A stretch of DNA of 62,132 nucleotides, the filler included. It is 5 parts of 5 records of this genome, joined end to end, with 100 filler letters (N's around TTAATTAATTAA, not from the genome) between each part and the next. Parts side by side here need not be neighbours in the genome. Positions count along the whole stretch, not along the records: positions 1 to 24,193 come from DRR723986_3521; 4 more parts are not named here. One strand, written 5' to 3'. Position 1 is the stretch's first letter. Every line of letters begins with the position of its first letter. Position numbers and translations under genes: made by a program. The notes below the pieces were generated by a model that was not told the origin of the DNA, did not search any database, and saw nothing but the letters and a program-made list of their open reading frames with translations. Shown here one piece after another: positions 1-11,546 of this stretch.

Positions 1-789
1 GCAGGCGTACTTGATCTTGATTTCCTCGGCGTACTGGGTCGGTGTCCGCAGCGCCATGGCGATGTCATTGGTCACCTGGTCACCAGCGATCGGGATGACG
101 CCGGTGTGACGAATCGAGCCCTCGGTGAAAATCGCGATATCCGTGGTGCCACCGCCGATGTCCACCAGGCATACGCCCAGTTCCCGCTCGTCCTCGGTCA
201 ACACCGAATAGCTCGACGCCAGTTGCTCAAGAATGATGTCCTCGACTTCCAGGCCGCAGCGGCGGATGCACTTCTCGATGTTCTGGGCGGCGTTGACCGC
301 ACAGGTGACCAGGTGGACCTTGGCCTCTAGGCGCACACCCGACATCCCCATCGGCTCCTTGATGCCCTCCTGGTGATCAATGACGTATTCCTGGGGCAGG
401 ATGTGCAGTACTTTCTGGTCTGCCGGAATTGCCACCGCCTGGGCCGCATCGATAACCCGCTCCAGGTCCGCCGCATACACTTCCCGATCCTTGATTGCGA
501 CGATGCCGTGGGAGTTGAGACTGCGCACATGGCTGCCGGCGATGCCGACATAGACCGAGTGGATCTGGCAGCCCGCCATCAGCTCCGCCTCTTCCACCGC
601 GCGCTGGATCGACTGCACCGTGGACTCGATATTGACTACCACGCCCTTCTTCATGCCCTTGGACGGGTGCGAACCGATGCCTACGATCTCTATCCCACCG
701 TCGGCGCCAACCTCGCCGACAATAGCCACCACCTTGGAGGTCCCGATATCCAGTCCGACGATCATGCGTTTGTCCTGTGCGCTGCCCAT
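1..789 (-). CDS. ftsA: Cell division protein FtsA (3' truncated by window edge)
   Basis: Manual minus-strand translation from ATG at 789 gives MGSAQDKRMIVGLDIGTSKVVAIVGEV; follows ftsQ; absent from the ORF track because it has no stop. Confidence 0.96.
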   Translation of the reverse strand, partial: MGSAQDKRMIVGLDIGTSKVVAIVGEVGADGGIEIVGIGSHPSKGMKKGVVVNIESTVQSIQRAVEEAELMAGCQIHSVYVGIAGSHVRSLNSHGIVAIKDREVYAADLERVIDAAQAVAIPADQKVLHILPQEYVIDHQEGIKEPMGMSGVRLEAKVHLVTCAVNAAQNIEKCIRRCGLEVEDIILEQLASSYSVLTEDERELGVCLVDIGGGTTDIAIFTEGSIRHTGVIPIAGDQVTNDIAMALRTPTQYAEEIKIKYAC

Positions 790-813
790 GGCAGTGATTC
801 TCCCCACGTCTTC

Positions 814-1647
814 TTATTCGGTAACCAGCCCGGCAATCTGCCCGGGCTCACTGAATGCGACCGCTACGCCGCTGCGGTAGCGCAGGTCGACCCGCTCCAC
901 GTCCGCCAGGCGCTCGCCAAGCTCGCTCTGGTACAGGGCAACAAAGCGCTGCACCCGGTCGACAAAATCTGCCCTGCCCAGCAGCAGGTGAATGCCGCTT
1001 TCCAGCGTTGCTTCCAGCTGCCCTCTGTCATCCTGCGCCAGCACCGCAACCTGCTCCTCGGTCGCCGCCAGCAACTCTTCCAGCCGCTGGTAACTGGCTA
1101 CCAGGGTTCTCTCCGAACCTTCAGGCCCGCGCAGAGTCGGCAGCCCGTCCCAGCGAGCGGCATTGGGTGACTGGAATACCGCGGCCTCGTGATTGAGAAA
1201 GCCGCTGTCACCCCAACGCGCTATCGGCAACTGCTCTACCACGTGAATCTCCAGCGCGCTCGGCCAGCGACGCCGGACCGCCGCGGAATAAATCCAGGGC
1301 AGGTCCTCCAATTGCTGACGCATGCGGTCCAGGTCGGCGCTGAGAAAGCCGCCAGCCAGCGCCGGCTGGACCATCGCCTGTACCGCCTCGGTCTGGGTAT
1401 GCTCCAACTTGCCGGTGACCACGATTTGCTCCACCGGTATCGCCGCCAGGGTCAGCCAGGCCTGCAGGCCGGCGACCAGAACCACGCCGGCACCCAGCAG
1501 AATCAGTGCGCGGTTTAGCCACGCTGCACCAAGCCGTTTGACCGGTGCCGCCGCGGCTGCAGACCGGCGCCGCGTGGCGCCGCCAGCCGGTGCGCGCCGC
1601 CGCGGACGTTGCACAGGGGTGTCACGTTTCAGCAGCAGGCTAGGCAT
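814..1647 (-). CDS. ftsQ: Cell division protein FtsQ
   Basis: Basic N-tail, one TM, POTRA (LPWI..VRRRWP), C-terminal DLRY motif; lies between ddl and ftsA; start set at ATG 1647. Confidence 0.93.
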   Translation of the reverse strand: MPSLLLKRDTPVQRPRRRAPAGGATRRRSAAAAAPVKRLGAAWLNRALILLGAGVVLVAGLQAWLTLAAIPVEQIVVTGKLEHTQTEAVQAMVQPALAGGFLSADLDRMRQQLEDLPWIYSAAVRRRWPSALEIHVVEQLPIARWGDSGFLNHEAAVFQSPNAARWDGLPTLRGPEGSERTLVASYQRLEELLAATEEQVAVLAQDDRGQLEATLESGIHLLLGRADFVDRVQRFVALYQSELGERLADVERVDLRYRSGVAVAFSEPGQIAGLVTE

Positions 1648-2569
1648 GGCCACGACGCTCCATACTCAGCTCGATAATTTCACCGACCAGTTGTTCTATG
1701 CTCATGCCGCAGGCACGAGCAGCCATTGGCACCAGGCTGTGGGATGTCATCCCGGGGATCGTATTGACCTCAAGCACATAGAAGCGGCCGTCAGCGGCAC
1801 GCATGGTATCCACCCGGCCCCAGACCGAGCAGCCCAGGGCATGGAACGCAGCGAGCGCCAGCTCCCCGACCAGCACCTCATCCGCGGGCGACAGGTCGCT
1901 CGGACAGTGATAGCGGGTCGCATCCGACAGGTACTTGGCCTCGTAATCGTAGAATTCGTTGTCCGTCTCCATACAGATTGAGGGCAGCGCCCGATCGCCG
2001 AGAATCGAGATCGTGTATTCCGGCCCATCAATAAACTGCTCTGCAATCACACAGGCACCGAAGCGGCTGGCATTGTGATACGCCGCCGCCAGTTGTTCAC
2101 CGGTGGCCGCCGGCGCCATACCGATGCTCGACCCTTCGCAGGCCGGCTTTACAAACACCCTGCCAAGCTCGGCGATGACTGCATCCCAGTCGGTGCCGGC
2201 ATGAAGTTCGACGAACGCGCCGGTGCTCACCCCGATCCCCTGCCACAGCTGTTTGCTGCGCAGCTTGTCCATCGCCAGCGCCGAGCCAAGCACCCCGGAT
2301 CCGCTATAGGGCACGCCCAGAAATTCCAGCGCTCCCTGGATCGTGCCGTCCTCACCACCCGGACCATGGAGGGCGTTAAAGGCAAAACCCACACCCGCCA
2401 GCCGTGACATCCACTGCGGCTCGGCCGGGTCAATCTCCAGCACCTCCAGCCCCAGCCCACGCATCGCCGCAACAACCGTGGCGCCACTTTGCAGAGACAC
2501 GTCGCGCTCCGCTGAACTGCCTCCCAGCAGTACTGCCACCGGCCCGCTGCGCAAGCTGTCCAGCATCAT
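1640..2569 (-). CDS. ddl: D-alanine--D-alanine ligase
   Basis: [32 protein letters not shown] and EVNTIPGMT motifs. Confidence 0.97.
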   Translation of the reverse strand: MMLDSLRSGPVAVLLGGSSAERDVSLQSGATVVAAMRGLGLEVLEIDPAEPQWMSRLAGVGFAFNALHGPGGEDGTIQGALEFLGVPYSGSGVLGSALAMDKLRSKQLWQGIGVSTGAFVELHAGTDWDAVIAELGRVFVKPACEGSSIGMAPAATGEQLAAAYHNASRFGACVIAEQFIDGPEYTISILGDRALPSICMETDNEFYDYEAKYLSDATRYHCPSDLSPADEVLVGELALAAFHALGCSVWGRVDTMRAADGRFYVLEVNTIPGMTSHSLVPMAARACGMSIEQLVGEIIELSMERRGHA

Positions 2570-3999
2570 GGGGACACCTCCAGCGAGTTCATGCCCGCCA
2601 GGGTCTGGGCGAGCGCACCAATGTTGCCCGCGCCCTGGGCGATAACAATGTCACCGTCGCGCAGCACATCGGCCAGGACGGCCGGCACGGCATCCGTTGA
2701 GTCGACGAAAATCGGCTCTACCTGACCACGCTGGCGGATGCTGCGGGTGAGGCTGCGACTGTCGGCGCCCGGGATAGGCTCCTCACCTGCCGGGTACACA
2801 TCGAGCAGCAGCAAGGCGTCGCAGCGCGACAGCACTGACACAAAGTCCTCGTAAAGATCCCGCGTGCGGCTGTAGCGGTGTGGCTGGTAGATCATCACAA
2901 TGCGCCGACCCGGCCAGGCCTGGCGGGCTGAGTCCAGAGTGGCACGCACCTCCGTGGGATGGTGTCCGTAATCGTCCACCAGTTCTGCCGTACCCCCGGC
3001 AAAGCTCAGCTGCCCCAATCGGGTGAAGCGGCGATTGACCCCGGAGAACTCCGCCAGACCGCGAATGATTGCCTCGTCGGCAATTCCCTCGTCAGAAGCG
3101 ACGGCAACCGCGGCCGTCGCGTTCAGCACGTTGTGCATGCCGGGGAGATTGAGCTGTACTGCAAGGGCCGACTTGTCGGCGGGACGACGCACCGTGAAGC
3201 GTGTCCGCAGGCCATCGCGCTGCAGGTCCTCCACCCGGTAATCAGCGCTGTCGGAAAACCCGTAGGTGAGCACCTGCCGCGACAGCTCCGGTAGCAGCCC
3301 GGCCACCACGGGGTCGTCGATACACAGCACCGCCATCCCGTAGAACGGCAGGTTATGCAGAAAATCGAGGAAAGTCCGACGCAGCACCGAGAAATCGCCG
3401 CCGTAGGTTTCCATGTGATCCGCTTCAATATTGGTGACCACAGTGACCAGCGGCTGCAGGTGCAGGAAGGAGGCATCACTCTCATCGGCTTCCGCGACGA
3501 GAAAGCGGCTGGCGCCCAGCTGGGCGTTGCTGCCCACACTGTTCAGGCGACCGCCGATGACAAACGTCGGGTCAAGACCCGCCGCCCCGAACACCGAGGC
3601 GATGAGGCTGGTGGTGGTGGTCTTGCCGTGGGTGCCCGCCACGGCGATACCGTGCCGATAGCGCATCAGCTCAGCGAGCATTTCGGCGCGCGGCACAATG
3701 GGCACGCGGCTCTCGCGCGCGGCCTGCATTTCCGGGTTGTCCGCCTTGACCGCGCTGGAACTCACCACCACGTCAGCCCCTTCAATGTGTGCAGCGCTGT
3801 GGCCCTCAAATATACGAATACCGGCCTGTGCCAGCCGCTCGGTGACCGCGCTGCGCTGCAGGTCCGACCCCGACACCTCGTAACCGAGGTTGACCAGTAC
3901 CTCGGCGATACCGCTCATACCGCTGCCGCCAACGCCGATCATGTGGATCCGTCGCACCCGGCGCATTTCGGGGATCGCGTAAACGTTTCTGTCGTTCAT
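2566..3999 (-). CDS. murC: UDP-N-acetylmuramate--L-alanine ligase
   Basis: [26 protein letters not shown] and DDYGHHPTE motifs. Confidence 0.98.
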   Translation of the reverse strand: MNDRNVYAIPEMRRVRRIHMIGVGGSGMSGIAEVLVNLGYEVSGSDLQRSAVTERLAQAGIRIFEGHSAAHIEGADVVVSSSAVKADNPEMQAARESRVPIVPRAEMLAELMRYRHGIAVAGTHGKTTTTSLIASVFGAAGLDPTFVIGGRLNSVGSNAQLGASRFLVAEADESDASFLHLQPLVTVVTNIEADHMETYGGDFSVLRRTFLDFLHNLPFYGMAVLCIDDPVVAGLLPELSRQVLTYGFSDSADYRVEDLQRDGLRTRFTVRRPADKSALAVQLNLPGMHNVLNATAAVAVASDEGIADEAIIRGLAEFSGVNRRFTRLGQLSFAGGTAELVDDYGHHPTEVRATLDSARQAWPGRRIVMIYQPHRYSRTRDLYEDFVSVLSRCDALLLLDVYPAGEEPIPGADSRSLTRSIRQRGQVEPIFVDSTDAVPAVLADVLRDGDIVIAQGAGNIGALAQTLAGMNSLEVSP

Positions 4000-5096
4000 G
4001 CGATCAGGCCCTCACAGCAGTCAGCGACCCGTTGGGTAGCTTCCGGGCAGGCCACTTTGCTGGCGGCGGTTGCCATCGCGGCCAGGCGCTGCGGCATACC
4101 CAGGTAGGACTCAAGAATCTGGCGCAAACGCTCCGCACTGAGTTCCGACTGGCGTAGCAGGATGCCCGCACCGTGATCGGTAAGCGCGCGGGCATTCGCC
4201 GTCTGGTGGTCGTCGATAGCATGAGGCAGCGGAACCAGCAGTGACGGCCGACCCATGATCGCCAGTTCCGCCACGGTGAGCGCCCCGGCACGACACAGCA
4301 CAAGATCCGACCAGCCGTAGGCGTCGGCCATATCTTCGATAAATTCTGTGACCCGTACCGGCCCGTCCAGGGCCCGGCCATAAGCCACGCGTACGGCATC
4401 ACCATGCGCCTCACCACACTGATGCCAGACCTCAAGATTCGCCGCCGGCGTTGCCTTGAGAAGCTTGCGCACGACGCCGGGGACCAGTTCATTCAGTGGC
4501 CTGGCACCCAGGCTGCCACCAACGATCAACAAACGCAGGGGGCGCTGGCCGGTATAAGCCCAGGGATGTTCTGCTGCAGCGGCAAGCAATTCACGACGCA
4601 CCGGGTTGCCCACCACCGTGTACTCCGGCCTCTCCTTGAAAGCACCGGGAAATCCTGCCAATACGGCCCTGGCCAGTGGCGCGAGCAATCGATTCGTGGT
4701 GCCGGCAACTGCATTCTGTTCGTGGATCACCAGCGGCTTGCGCAGAATCCAGGCCGCCAGCCCGGCGGGACCCGACGCATAACCACCCATTCCCACGACG
4801 CAGCGCGGGGCGAGCCGGTAGACCAGGACCAGGGACTGCAGCAGCGCCGTAACAAGCGCGACCATGCCCAACAGCTTGTGCAGCAGGTTCTTGCCGCGCA
4901 CGCCGCGCACGCTGAGACAGTGCAGTTCAAAACCCGCCGCCGGCACGACCCGGGCTTCCAGGCCACGACGCGTGCCAACCCAGGCGATGCGATATCCACG
5001 CGCCTGCAGTTCCCTGGCTACCGCCAGCGCCGGGTAGACGTGGCCGCCGGTACCGCCGGCCATCATCAACACTAGGGGTGCGGCAGCCTGGGTCAT
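3996..5096 (-). CDS. murG: Lipid II GlcNAc transferase MurG
   Basis: [28 protein letters not shown] and DDHQ motifs. Confidence 0.98.
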   Translation of the reverse strand: MTQAAAPLVLMMAGGTGGHVYPALAVARELQARGYRIAWVGTRRGLEARVVPAAGFELHCLSVRGVRGKNLLHKLLGMVALVTALLQSLVLVYRLAPRCVVGMGGYASGPAGLAAWILRKPLVIHEQNAVAGTTNRLLAPLARAVLAGFPGAFKERPEYTVVGNPVRRELLAAAAEHPWAYTGQRPLRLLIVGGSLGARPLNELVPGVVRKLLKATPAANLEVWHQCGEAHGDAVRVAYGRALDGPVRVTEFIEDMADAYGWSDLVLCRAGALTVAELAIMGRPSLLVPLPHAIDDHQTANARALTDHGAGILLRQSELSAERLRQILESYLGMPQRLAAMATAASKVACPEATQRVADCCEGLIA

Positions 5097-6238
5097 GACC
5101 GGGCCCTCCGCGATGCATCAAGACCGTGCTCGATGCGCAGAACCATGGCGAGCATGGCGCAGCAGACGATCAGGCTGGTCCCGCCATAACTGACGAACGG
5201 CAAGGTCAGGCCCTTGGTGGGCAACAACCCGGAGCTGACCCCCATGTTGACGAAGGCCTGCCCGGAGAAGATCAGTGCCACGCCGTAGCACAGGTAAGCA
5301 CCGAATTTTTCACCCTGCTGCAGCGCAATCCGGGCCACCCATAGTATGCGTCCGATCAGCGCGGCAAACAGGGCCATGACCAGCAGGGCGCCGACCAGCC
5401 CGGTCTCTTCCGCCCAGATCGAGAACACGAAATCCGTGTGCGCTTCCGGCAGGTAGAACAGTTTCTGTACGCTGTTGCCAAGGCCCACACCGATCCACTC
5501 ACCCCTGCCAAAGGCGATCAATGACTGGATGAGCTGGAAGCCACTGCCGAAGGGATCTGCCCAGGGATCGGTATAGGCGGTCAGGCGCTGTACCCGGTAG
5601 GGCGCGCTGAACACCAATGCCAGCAGACCGAGCAGCGCACCCGCGAGCACCAGCAGGAAGTGCCCGAGGCGCACCCCGGCCAGGAACAACATCCCGAACG
5701 CGGTCGCGCCGCAGATCACCGTGGCACCGAAATCCGGCTCCACCATCAGCAGCAGGGCAACAACGCCGACCACCGCCATGGGAATAAGGAATCCCGACCA
5801 TTCATTGCGCACTTCCTTCTCCTGGCGCACCAGGTAGCCGGCGAGATAAATCACCAGGGCCAGCTTGGCGAACTCGGAAGGCTGCAGAGTGAACGGCCCC
5901 AAGGGCAGCCAGCGCTGGCTGCCGTTGACGTCTTTGCCAACACCGGGCACCAGCACCAGCACCAGCAGGGCCAGGGCAACCAGCAACAGGGCCCAGCCGG
6001 ACTGCTGCCAGACCTGGGTGGGAATACGGTAGACCACCGCAGCACCCACCCCGGCGACGGTGATGTAAATCAGGTGCCGGACAGTGTGGTGCCAGGGGTT
6101 GGCGAAATGCCAGTCGGCATATTCGATGGAAGCAGAGCTGATCGCTACCAGCCCAACCAGCACCAGAGCCAGGCCACAGAGGCTCAGCACGGGATCAATG
6201 GCGAACAGGGGGCGGCTGGCAGCGGCGCGACTACTCAT
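5093..6238 (-). CDS. ftsW: SEDS peptidoglycan polymerase FtsW
   Basis: QPSEFAK, EPDFG, LPEAHTDF and SYGGTS motifs; start reset to ATG 6238, which overlaps the murD stop. Confidence 0.96.
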   Translation of the reverse strand: MSSRAAASRPLFAIDPVLSLCGLALVLVGLVAISSASIEYADWHFANPWHHTVRHLIYITVAGVGAAVVYRIPTQVWQQSGWALLLVALALLVLVLVPGVGKDVNGSQRWLPLGPFTLQPSEFAKLALVIYLAGYLVRQEKEVRNEWSGFLIPMAVVGVVALLLMVEPDFGATVICGATAFGMLFLAGVRLGHFLLVLAGALLGLLALVFSAPYRVQRLTAYTDPWADPFGSGFQLIQSLIAFGRGEWIGVGLGNSVQKLFYLPEAHTDFVFSIWAEETGLVGALLVMALFAALIGRILWVARIALQQGEKFGAYLCYGVALIFSGQAFVNMGVSSGLLPTKGLTLPFVSYGGTSLIVCCAMLAMVLRIEHGLDASRRARS

Positions 6239-7604
6239 CAGCGGACCCCGCAAATGCCTGCGCCAGCGCGGTAAAGCGCTCGCCGCGGTCAATGTAACTG
6301 GCGAACATATCGAAGCTGGCACAGGCCGGGGACAGCAGCACCAGCTCCCCGCTACGCGCGCTCTCGCCGGCGATGGCAACAGCCTGCTCGAGACTGTCCG
6401 CATGAACCAGTTGCACCACATCCGCCAGCGCATCGGCAAGCTGGGGGGCTGCCTCACCCAGGGTGATCACCAGGCGACAATGGCTGGCAACCGCCTTGCG
6501 CAGACTACGGAAGTCCGCGCCCTTGCCCTGACCGCCGGCGATCAGGATCAGCTTATGCTCACCACCCAGGCCGCGGATGGCTGCTTCCGCTGCCCCCACG
6601 TTGGTCCCCTTGGAATCATTCACCCAGGTGACGCCGGCATGGTGGGCCACCTGCTGGCAGCGATGCGGCAGGCCGGAAAACGTCCGCAGGGCTGTCAGCA
6701 TGGCCGGCACCGGCAGACCAGCCCCGGATCCGATCGCCAGGGCGGCCAGCGCATTGGCCACGTTGTGCCGACCGGACAGGACGAGCTCGTCGCTGGCCAG
6801 CAGCGGCTCGAAGCCCTGGCACAGCCATTCGCGACCGTCCACCTGGCGCAGGCCGAATTCGTTCAGGTCCGGCTCTCCCATGCGCCAGCCGATCAGCTCG
6901 ATATCTCCTCCCACCAGGGGCACCGTCAGCGGATCGTCACGGTTCACCACCGCCACCTGGCAAGCACGGAAGATGCGGTGTTTGGCCTGGTGATACCGCG
7001 GCATGCTGCCGTGACGATCCAGATGATCGGCACTCAGGTTGAGCACCGTGGCCAGGCGCAGACCCAACTGGCCTGCACGCTCCAACTGGAAGCTGGACAA
7101 CTCAACAATATACAGATCGCGCTCCGGCGCCAGGAGTTCGAGGGCCGGTGGACCCAGGTTGCCGCCCACGCCCGCATTGAGACCCGCAGCCCGGGCCATG
7201 GCGCCGACCAGTGCGGTCACCGTGGATTTGGCATTGGAGCCGGTAATGCCGATCACCGGGGCAGTCGCGGCCTGCACAAACAGGTCGATGTCGCCCAGCA
7301 AGGGAATGCCTGCAGCAAGCGACGCAGCGACGTGCGGTTCATCCAATGCCACGCCGGGACTGACGATCAGTTCGCCCGCCCCTTCCAGCACCGCAGCCGG
7401 AATCTCCCCGACAAACACCGGCACCTCGGGCATCTCCTGTCGCAGCAGGTCCAGGCAAGGTGGCTCAGCGCGGGTGTCGACCACCGTGAAGCGTTCACCT
7501 CGGGCATGCAGGAAGCGCGCAACCGACAGACCGGTCGGGCCGAGGCCAAAGACCACCCGGTCGGCGTTGCTGGCTATCAGGTCACCTGTCACGGCCAAAT
7601 TCAC
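6231..7604 (-). CDS. murD: UDP-MurNAc-L-Ala--D-glutamate ligase
   Basis: GSNAKSTVT, ELSSFQL, DHLDRH, NDSKGTN and SPACASFDMF motifs; start uncertain (GTG 7604 or 7592). Confidence 0.96.
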   Translation of the reverse strand: MNLAVTGDLIASNADRVVFGLGPTGLSVARFLHARGERFTVVDTRAEPPCLDLLRQEMPEVPVFVGEIPAAVLEGAGELIVSPGVALDEPHVAASLAAGIPLLGDIDLFVQAATAPVIGITGSNAKSTVTALVGAMARAAGLNAGVGGNLGPPALELLAPERDLYIVELSSFQLERAGQLGLRLATVLNLSADHLDRHGSMPRYHQAKHRIFRACQVAVVNRDDPLTVPLVGGDIELIGWRMGEPDLNEFGLRQVDGREWLCQGFEPLLASDELVLSGRHNVANALAALAIGSGAGLPVPAMLTALRTFSGLPHRCQQVAHHAGVTWVNDSKGTNVGAAEAAIRGLGGEHKLILIAGGQGKGADFRSLRKAVASHCRLVITLGEAAPQLADALADVVQLVHADSLEQAVAIAGESARSGELVLLSPACASFDMFASYIDRGERFTALAQAFAGSADE

Positions 7605-7615
7605 CCTGCCCTGCC

Positions 7616-8698
7616 CTAGCGTAACTTCAATGTCGCCAGCCCGAACAGGACCAGCATCACGGTAATAATCCAGAAGCGCACAATCACCCGTGGCTCGGGC
7701 CATCCCTTCAATTCATAGTGATGATGAATTGGCGCCATACGAAAAATGCGTTTGCCCGTCAGCTTGAATGAGGCGACCTGGAGAATGACGGACACGGTCT
7801 CCAGCACGAAAATACCGCCCATGATGAAGAACACGATTTCGTGGCGGGTAATCACCGCCACCGTACCCAGCGCGGCCCCCAGCGCCAGTGCGCCGACGTC
7901 GCCCATGAAGACCTGGGCGGGATAGGTGTTGAACCAGAGGAAACCGAGACCCGCGCCGGCGATCGAGCCACAGAACACCGCAAGCTCACCGCTGCCCGCG
8001 ACATAGGGGATATGCAGATACTCGGCAAAATCCACGTGGCCGGTCAGATAGGCAATTACCCCCAGCGCTGTGCCCACCAGCACGGTCGGCAGGATCGCCA
8101 GCCCGTCGAGCCCATCAGTCAAGTTCACCGCGTTGCTGGAGCCGACGATCACGAAGTAGGTGAGCAGGATAAACAGCGGCCCCATCTGCCAGGCGAAGTC
8201 CTTGAAGAAGGGGATATAGAGCTCCGTGGTGACCGGCGTATCAAAGGCGATATACAGGTAGATCGCCGCCGCCAGACCGGCGGCGGACTGCCAGAAGTAT
8301 TTCCAGCGCGCCGGCAGGCCGCGAGAGTCCTTTTCCACGACCTTACGGTAGTCATCGACCCAGCCCACCGCACCGAACACGGCAGTGACCAGCAGGGCGA
8401 CCCAGATATACGGGTTGCGCAGATCGCCCCACAGCAAGGTACTGAAGGCGATAGCGACCAGAATGAGTGCACCACCCATGGTCGGCGTGCCGGACTTGCT
8501 GAGGTGGCTTTGCGGGCCGTCGTCCCGCACTGCCTGGCCAACCTGGTGGTAATTCAGGCGGCGAATCATGGTCGGCCCTACCAGCAGGGAAATCGCCAGT
8601 GCGGTGCCGGCGGCGAGAATGCCGCGCAAGGTCAGGTACTGGAACACCTGGAACGAGGATTCGAACCGGGCCAGATACTCAGTCAGCAGAATCAGCAT
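7616..8698 (-). CDS. mraY: Phospho-MurNAc-pentapeptide transferase
   Basis: [27 protein letters not shown] and MAPIHHHYE motifs. Confidence 0.98.
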   Translation of the reverse strand: MLILLTEYLARFESSFQVFQYLTLRGILAAGTALAISLLVGPTMIRRLNYHQVGQAVRDDGPQSHLSKSGTPTMGGALILVAIAFSTLLWGDLRNPYIWVALLVTAVFGAVGWVDDYRKVVEKDSRGLPARWKYFWQSAAGLAAAIYLYIAFDTPVTTELYIPFFKDFAWQMGPLFILLTYFVIVGSSNAVNLTDGLDGLAILPTVLVGTALGVIAYLTGHVDFAEYLHIPYVAGSGELAVFCGSIAGAGLGFLWFNTYPAQVFMGDVGALALGAALGTVAVITRHEIVFFIMGGIFVLETVSVILQVASFKLTGKRIFRMAPIHHHYELKGWPEPRVIVRFWIITVMLVLFGLATLKLR

Positions 8699-10062
8699 AC
8701 GTGCTCTTCCTCCCCGGCTGCGAACAGTACGTCGAGCAAGCCCTCCATCCCGGCACTGCGCGAGCCTTTCACCAGCACGGTACAGCCCTCACCAAAAGCG
8801 CCGGCCGCAGCGGTGCGGGCCGCATCCAGATCGGCAAACCATCTGGCCCGCTCGCCGAAAGCCTCAACTGCGGGCAGCAGTTCTTCGCCGACGCCCCAGA
8901 ATTCATCGATGCCACGTTCATCGGCAAAAGTGCCCATGTCGCGGTGCAGTTGCGCGCTTTGCTCACCGAGTTCACGCATGGCACCCAGCAGCAGCACCCG
9001 CGTACCGGGACAGCTCGCCAGCAGGTCGATCGCCGCACGCACCGAGCCCGGGTTGGCGTTGTAACAGTCGTCGATCACCACGGCACCAGAAGGTGCCCGA
9101 CGACTGGCCAGGCGCCCGGCGACGGGCTCCACTGCCGCCAGGCCAGCGGCTATCTCGTCCAGGCGCAGCTCACAGGCCAGGCCGACGGCGATCGCCGCCA
9201 GCGCATTGGCGACGTTGTGCTCGCCCGGGAGGCGCAGGCTCACTGCGACCTCACCAGCAGGCGTAATCGCCGTGAAGCGCAAGCCGCTGGCACCGTCGAG
9301 CCGGATATCCCGCGCACCGATCGCAGCCGCCCGGCTGAGCCCGAAGTCCAGCACGGTGGCTTCCCCGGCGCGGGCCTGCCAGACCTCTGCCCAGGGCTGA
9401 TCGCGATTGATAATCGCCGTATCGCCCGCACCGAGGGTGTCGTAGATCGCACCCTTGGTATCTGCCACCGCTTCCACACTGCCCATACGTTCAAGGTGTG
9501 CCGGCATGGCATTCAACAACAGGGCAATGGTCGGACGACCAATTTCGCAAAGCCAGGCGATATCCCCCGGCTTACCGGCACCCATTTCCACCACCGCATA
9601 CGCTGTTTGCGGCGCCAGCCGCAGCAGGGTCAGGGGCACCCCGATTTCATTATTCAGGTTGCCCTCGGTCGCCAGCGTCGTGCCGCGCTGAGAGAGGACG
9701 CTGCCGACCAGGTTCTTCACAGTAGTCTTGCCGCTGCTGCCGGTAATGGCGACCAGCGGCTGCTGGTAGAGCCCACGGTTATAGCCACCCAGCCGGCCCA
9801 GCGCCCGCTCGGTGTCTGCTACCCGCAGCACCGGCAGGGCCGATTCCACATCGCGGCTCACCAGCAGGGCGGCCGCGCCATCCCGCTCGGCCTGGGCGAT
9901 ATAGTCATGACCGTCGAAGCGCTCGCCCACCAGGGCGACGAACAAGTCGCCGCTGGCAATATGCCGACTATCGGTAGAGACCGCGTCGAAGCGGGTATCC
10001 TGGCCGACGAGGTGGGCGCGCAGCGGCGCTTCCAGTTCCGCCAGGCTCAGGGCGCGCATCAT
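8692..10062 (-). CDS. murF: UDP-MurNAc-tripeptide--D-Ala-D-Ala ligase
   Basis: [28 protein letters not shown] and LVKGSR motifs. Confidence 0.97.
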   Translation of the reverse strand: MMRALSLAELEAPLRAHLVGQDTRFDAVSTDSRHIASGDLFVALVGERFDGHDYIAQAERDGAAALLVSRDVESALPVLRVADTERALGRLGGYNRGLYQQPLVAITGSSGKTTVKNLVGSVLSQRGTTLATEGNLNNEIGVPLTLLRLAPQTAYAVVEMGAGKPGDIAWLCEIGRPTIALLLNAMPAHLERMGSVEAVADTKGAIYDTLGAGDTAIINRDQPWAEVWQARAGEATVLDFGLSRAAAIGARDIRLDGASGLRFTAITPAGEVAVSLRLPGEHNVANALAAIAVGLACELRLDEIAAGLAAVEPVAGRLASRRAPSGAVVIDDCYNANPGSVRAAIDLLASCPGTRVLLLGAMRELGEQSAQLHRDMGTFADERGIDEFWGVGEELLPAVEAFGERARWFADLDAARTAAAGAFGEGCTVLVKGSRSAGMEGLLDVLFAAGEEEHVC

Positions 10063-11546
10063 GCCGACACCCTCGCTGCCAGTGCGTTCCGGGCCTGCGC
10101 CTCGTCGCTGAACTCTATGCGCTCATCGTCGATGATCTGGTAATTCTCGTGCCCCTTACCCGCGATCAACACGCAGTCGCCCGCCTCCGCCTCGGCGATG
10201 GCGAGGGCGATCGCCTGGGCACGATCGACCACCAGCCGATAATCACCGCTGCAGCCCGCTTCAATATCCATCAGGATTGCCGCCGGATTCTCGCCACGAG
10301 GGTTGTCGCTGGTCACAATCACCTGGTCGGAGCCGGCGCAGGCAACCCGCCCCATCACCGGACGTTTGCCGGCATCTCGGTCGCCGCCGCAGCCAAACAC
10401 GGTGACCAGGCGACCCCGAACCCCGGGGCGCAGCGCCGCCAGCACTTGCTCCAGCGCATCGGGCGTATGGGCGTAGTCGACAATGACCTGTAAGTCGGCA
10501 GCGTTGGGTATCGCCTGCACGCGACCGGGAACCGAGGTCAGGGTCGGCACCTGGGCCAGCACCGCTGACAGCTCCTCTCCGGCGAGCACCACACTGGCAA
10601 TGGCCGCCGCCAGGTTGCCGAGATTGAAATCGCCCGGCAGCGGGCTGTGAAAATCACCGCTGCCCCAGGGCGTCTCGATGCGCGCCTCGATGCCGTCCAC
10701 GGTGTAGCGCGGGTCAAGCACCCGGATATCCGCAGCACCGTTACCGCTGATTGAGTAAGCAAAACATCTCACGTCATCGGCGAGGGATTCCCGCACGCGC
10801 CCGGCAAACGGGTCGTCCAGGTTGATGAGCGCGTACTTCAGGCCAGGCATGGTGAACAGGCGCAGCTTGGCCCGACCATAAGCATCCATGTCGCCGTGAT
10901 AGTCGAGGTGGTCGCGAGACAAATTGGTATAGACGGCAGTCTCGAAAGACACACCATTCACCCGCCCCTGGACGAGCGCGTGGGAAGAGACCTCCATGCT
11001 AACCGCCTGCACCCCCTCATCGCGCCACTGGGCCAGCTGCCGCTGGAGGGCTACCGCGTCAGGTGTGGTGTTACTGGCATCGACGATCCCGTCCTCGAGG
11101 GTCGCACCCAACGTACCGATGACCCCGCAGCGCCGCCCCAGCCGCCGGCCCAACTGCGCCGCCAGCCGGGTCACCGTGGTTTTGCCATTGGTCCCGGTAA
11201 CGCCCACAAGATGGAGGTCCGCACTGGGATGATCATAAAAGCGCGCGGCGATGGGCCCCGCCTCATGCTGCAATTCCGGCATCTCCATCAGCGGTACCGG
11301 GATCGCGTCAACAAAACCGGCAACCGGCGGCTCCGCAACGACCGCGGCGGCACCGCTGGCCACCGCCTGCTCGATAAATTGGCGTCCGTCGTGAACCTCG
11401 CCCGGGAAGGCAAGGAACAACTCGCCGCCCTTGATCCGGCGGCTGTCGAGCTCAACGCCGCTGATCACAAGCGCGGGGTCTGGTGCGAGACTGCCCACCA
11501 GGTGCCCCAGGGTCTGCACAGTTGTCCTCCCGGCAACCGGCATCAT
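10059..11546 (-). CDS. murE: UDP-MurNAc-dipeptide--meso-DAP ligase
   Basis: TGTNGKTT, MEVSSH, DHLDYH, VDYAHTPD and DNPR (DAP specificity) motifs. Confidence 0.97.
   Translation of the reverse strand: MMPVAGRTTVQTLGHLVGSLAPDPALVISGVELDSRRIKGGELFLAFPGEVHDGRQFIEQAVASGAAAVVAEPPVAGFVDAIPVPLMEMPELQHEAGPIAARFYDHPSADLHLVGVTGTNGKTTVTRLAAQLGRRLGRRCGVIGTLGATLEDGIVDASNTTPDAVALQRQLAQWRDEGVQAVSMEVSSHALVQGRVNGVSFETAVYTNLSRDHLDYHGDMDAYGRAKLRLFTMPGLKYALINLDDPFAGRVRESLADDVRCFAYSISGNGAADIRVLDPRYTVDGIEARIETPWGSGDFHSPLPGDFNLGNLAAAIASVVLAGEELSAVLAQVPTLTSVPGRVQAIPNAADLQVIVDYAHTPDALEQVLAALRPGVRGRLVTVFGCGGDRDAGKRPVMGRVACAGSDQVIVTSDNPRGENPAAILMDIEAGCSGDYRLVVDRAQAIALAIAEAEAGDCVLIAGKGHENYQIIDDERIEFSDEAQARNALAARVSA

Noticed and set aside
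1640-3999. Absence of murB between murC and ddl
   Set aside because: Normal for gammaproteobacterial dcw clusters
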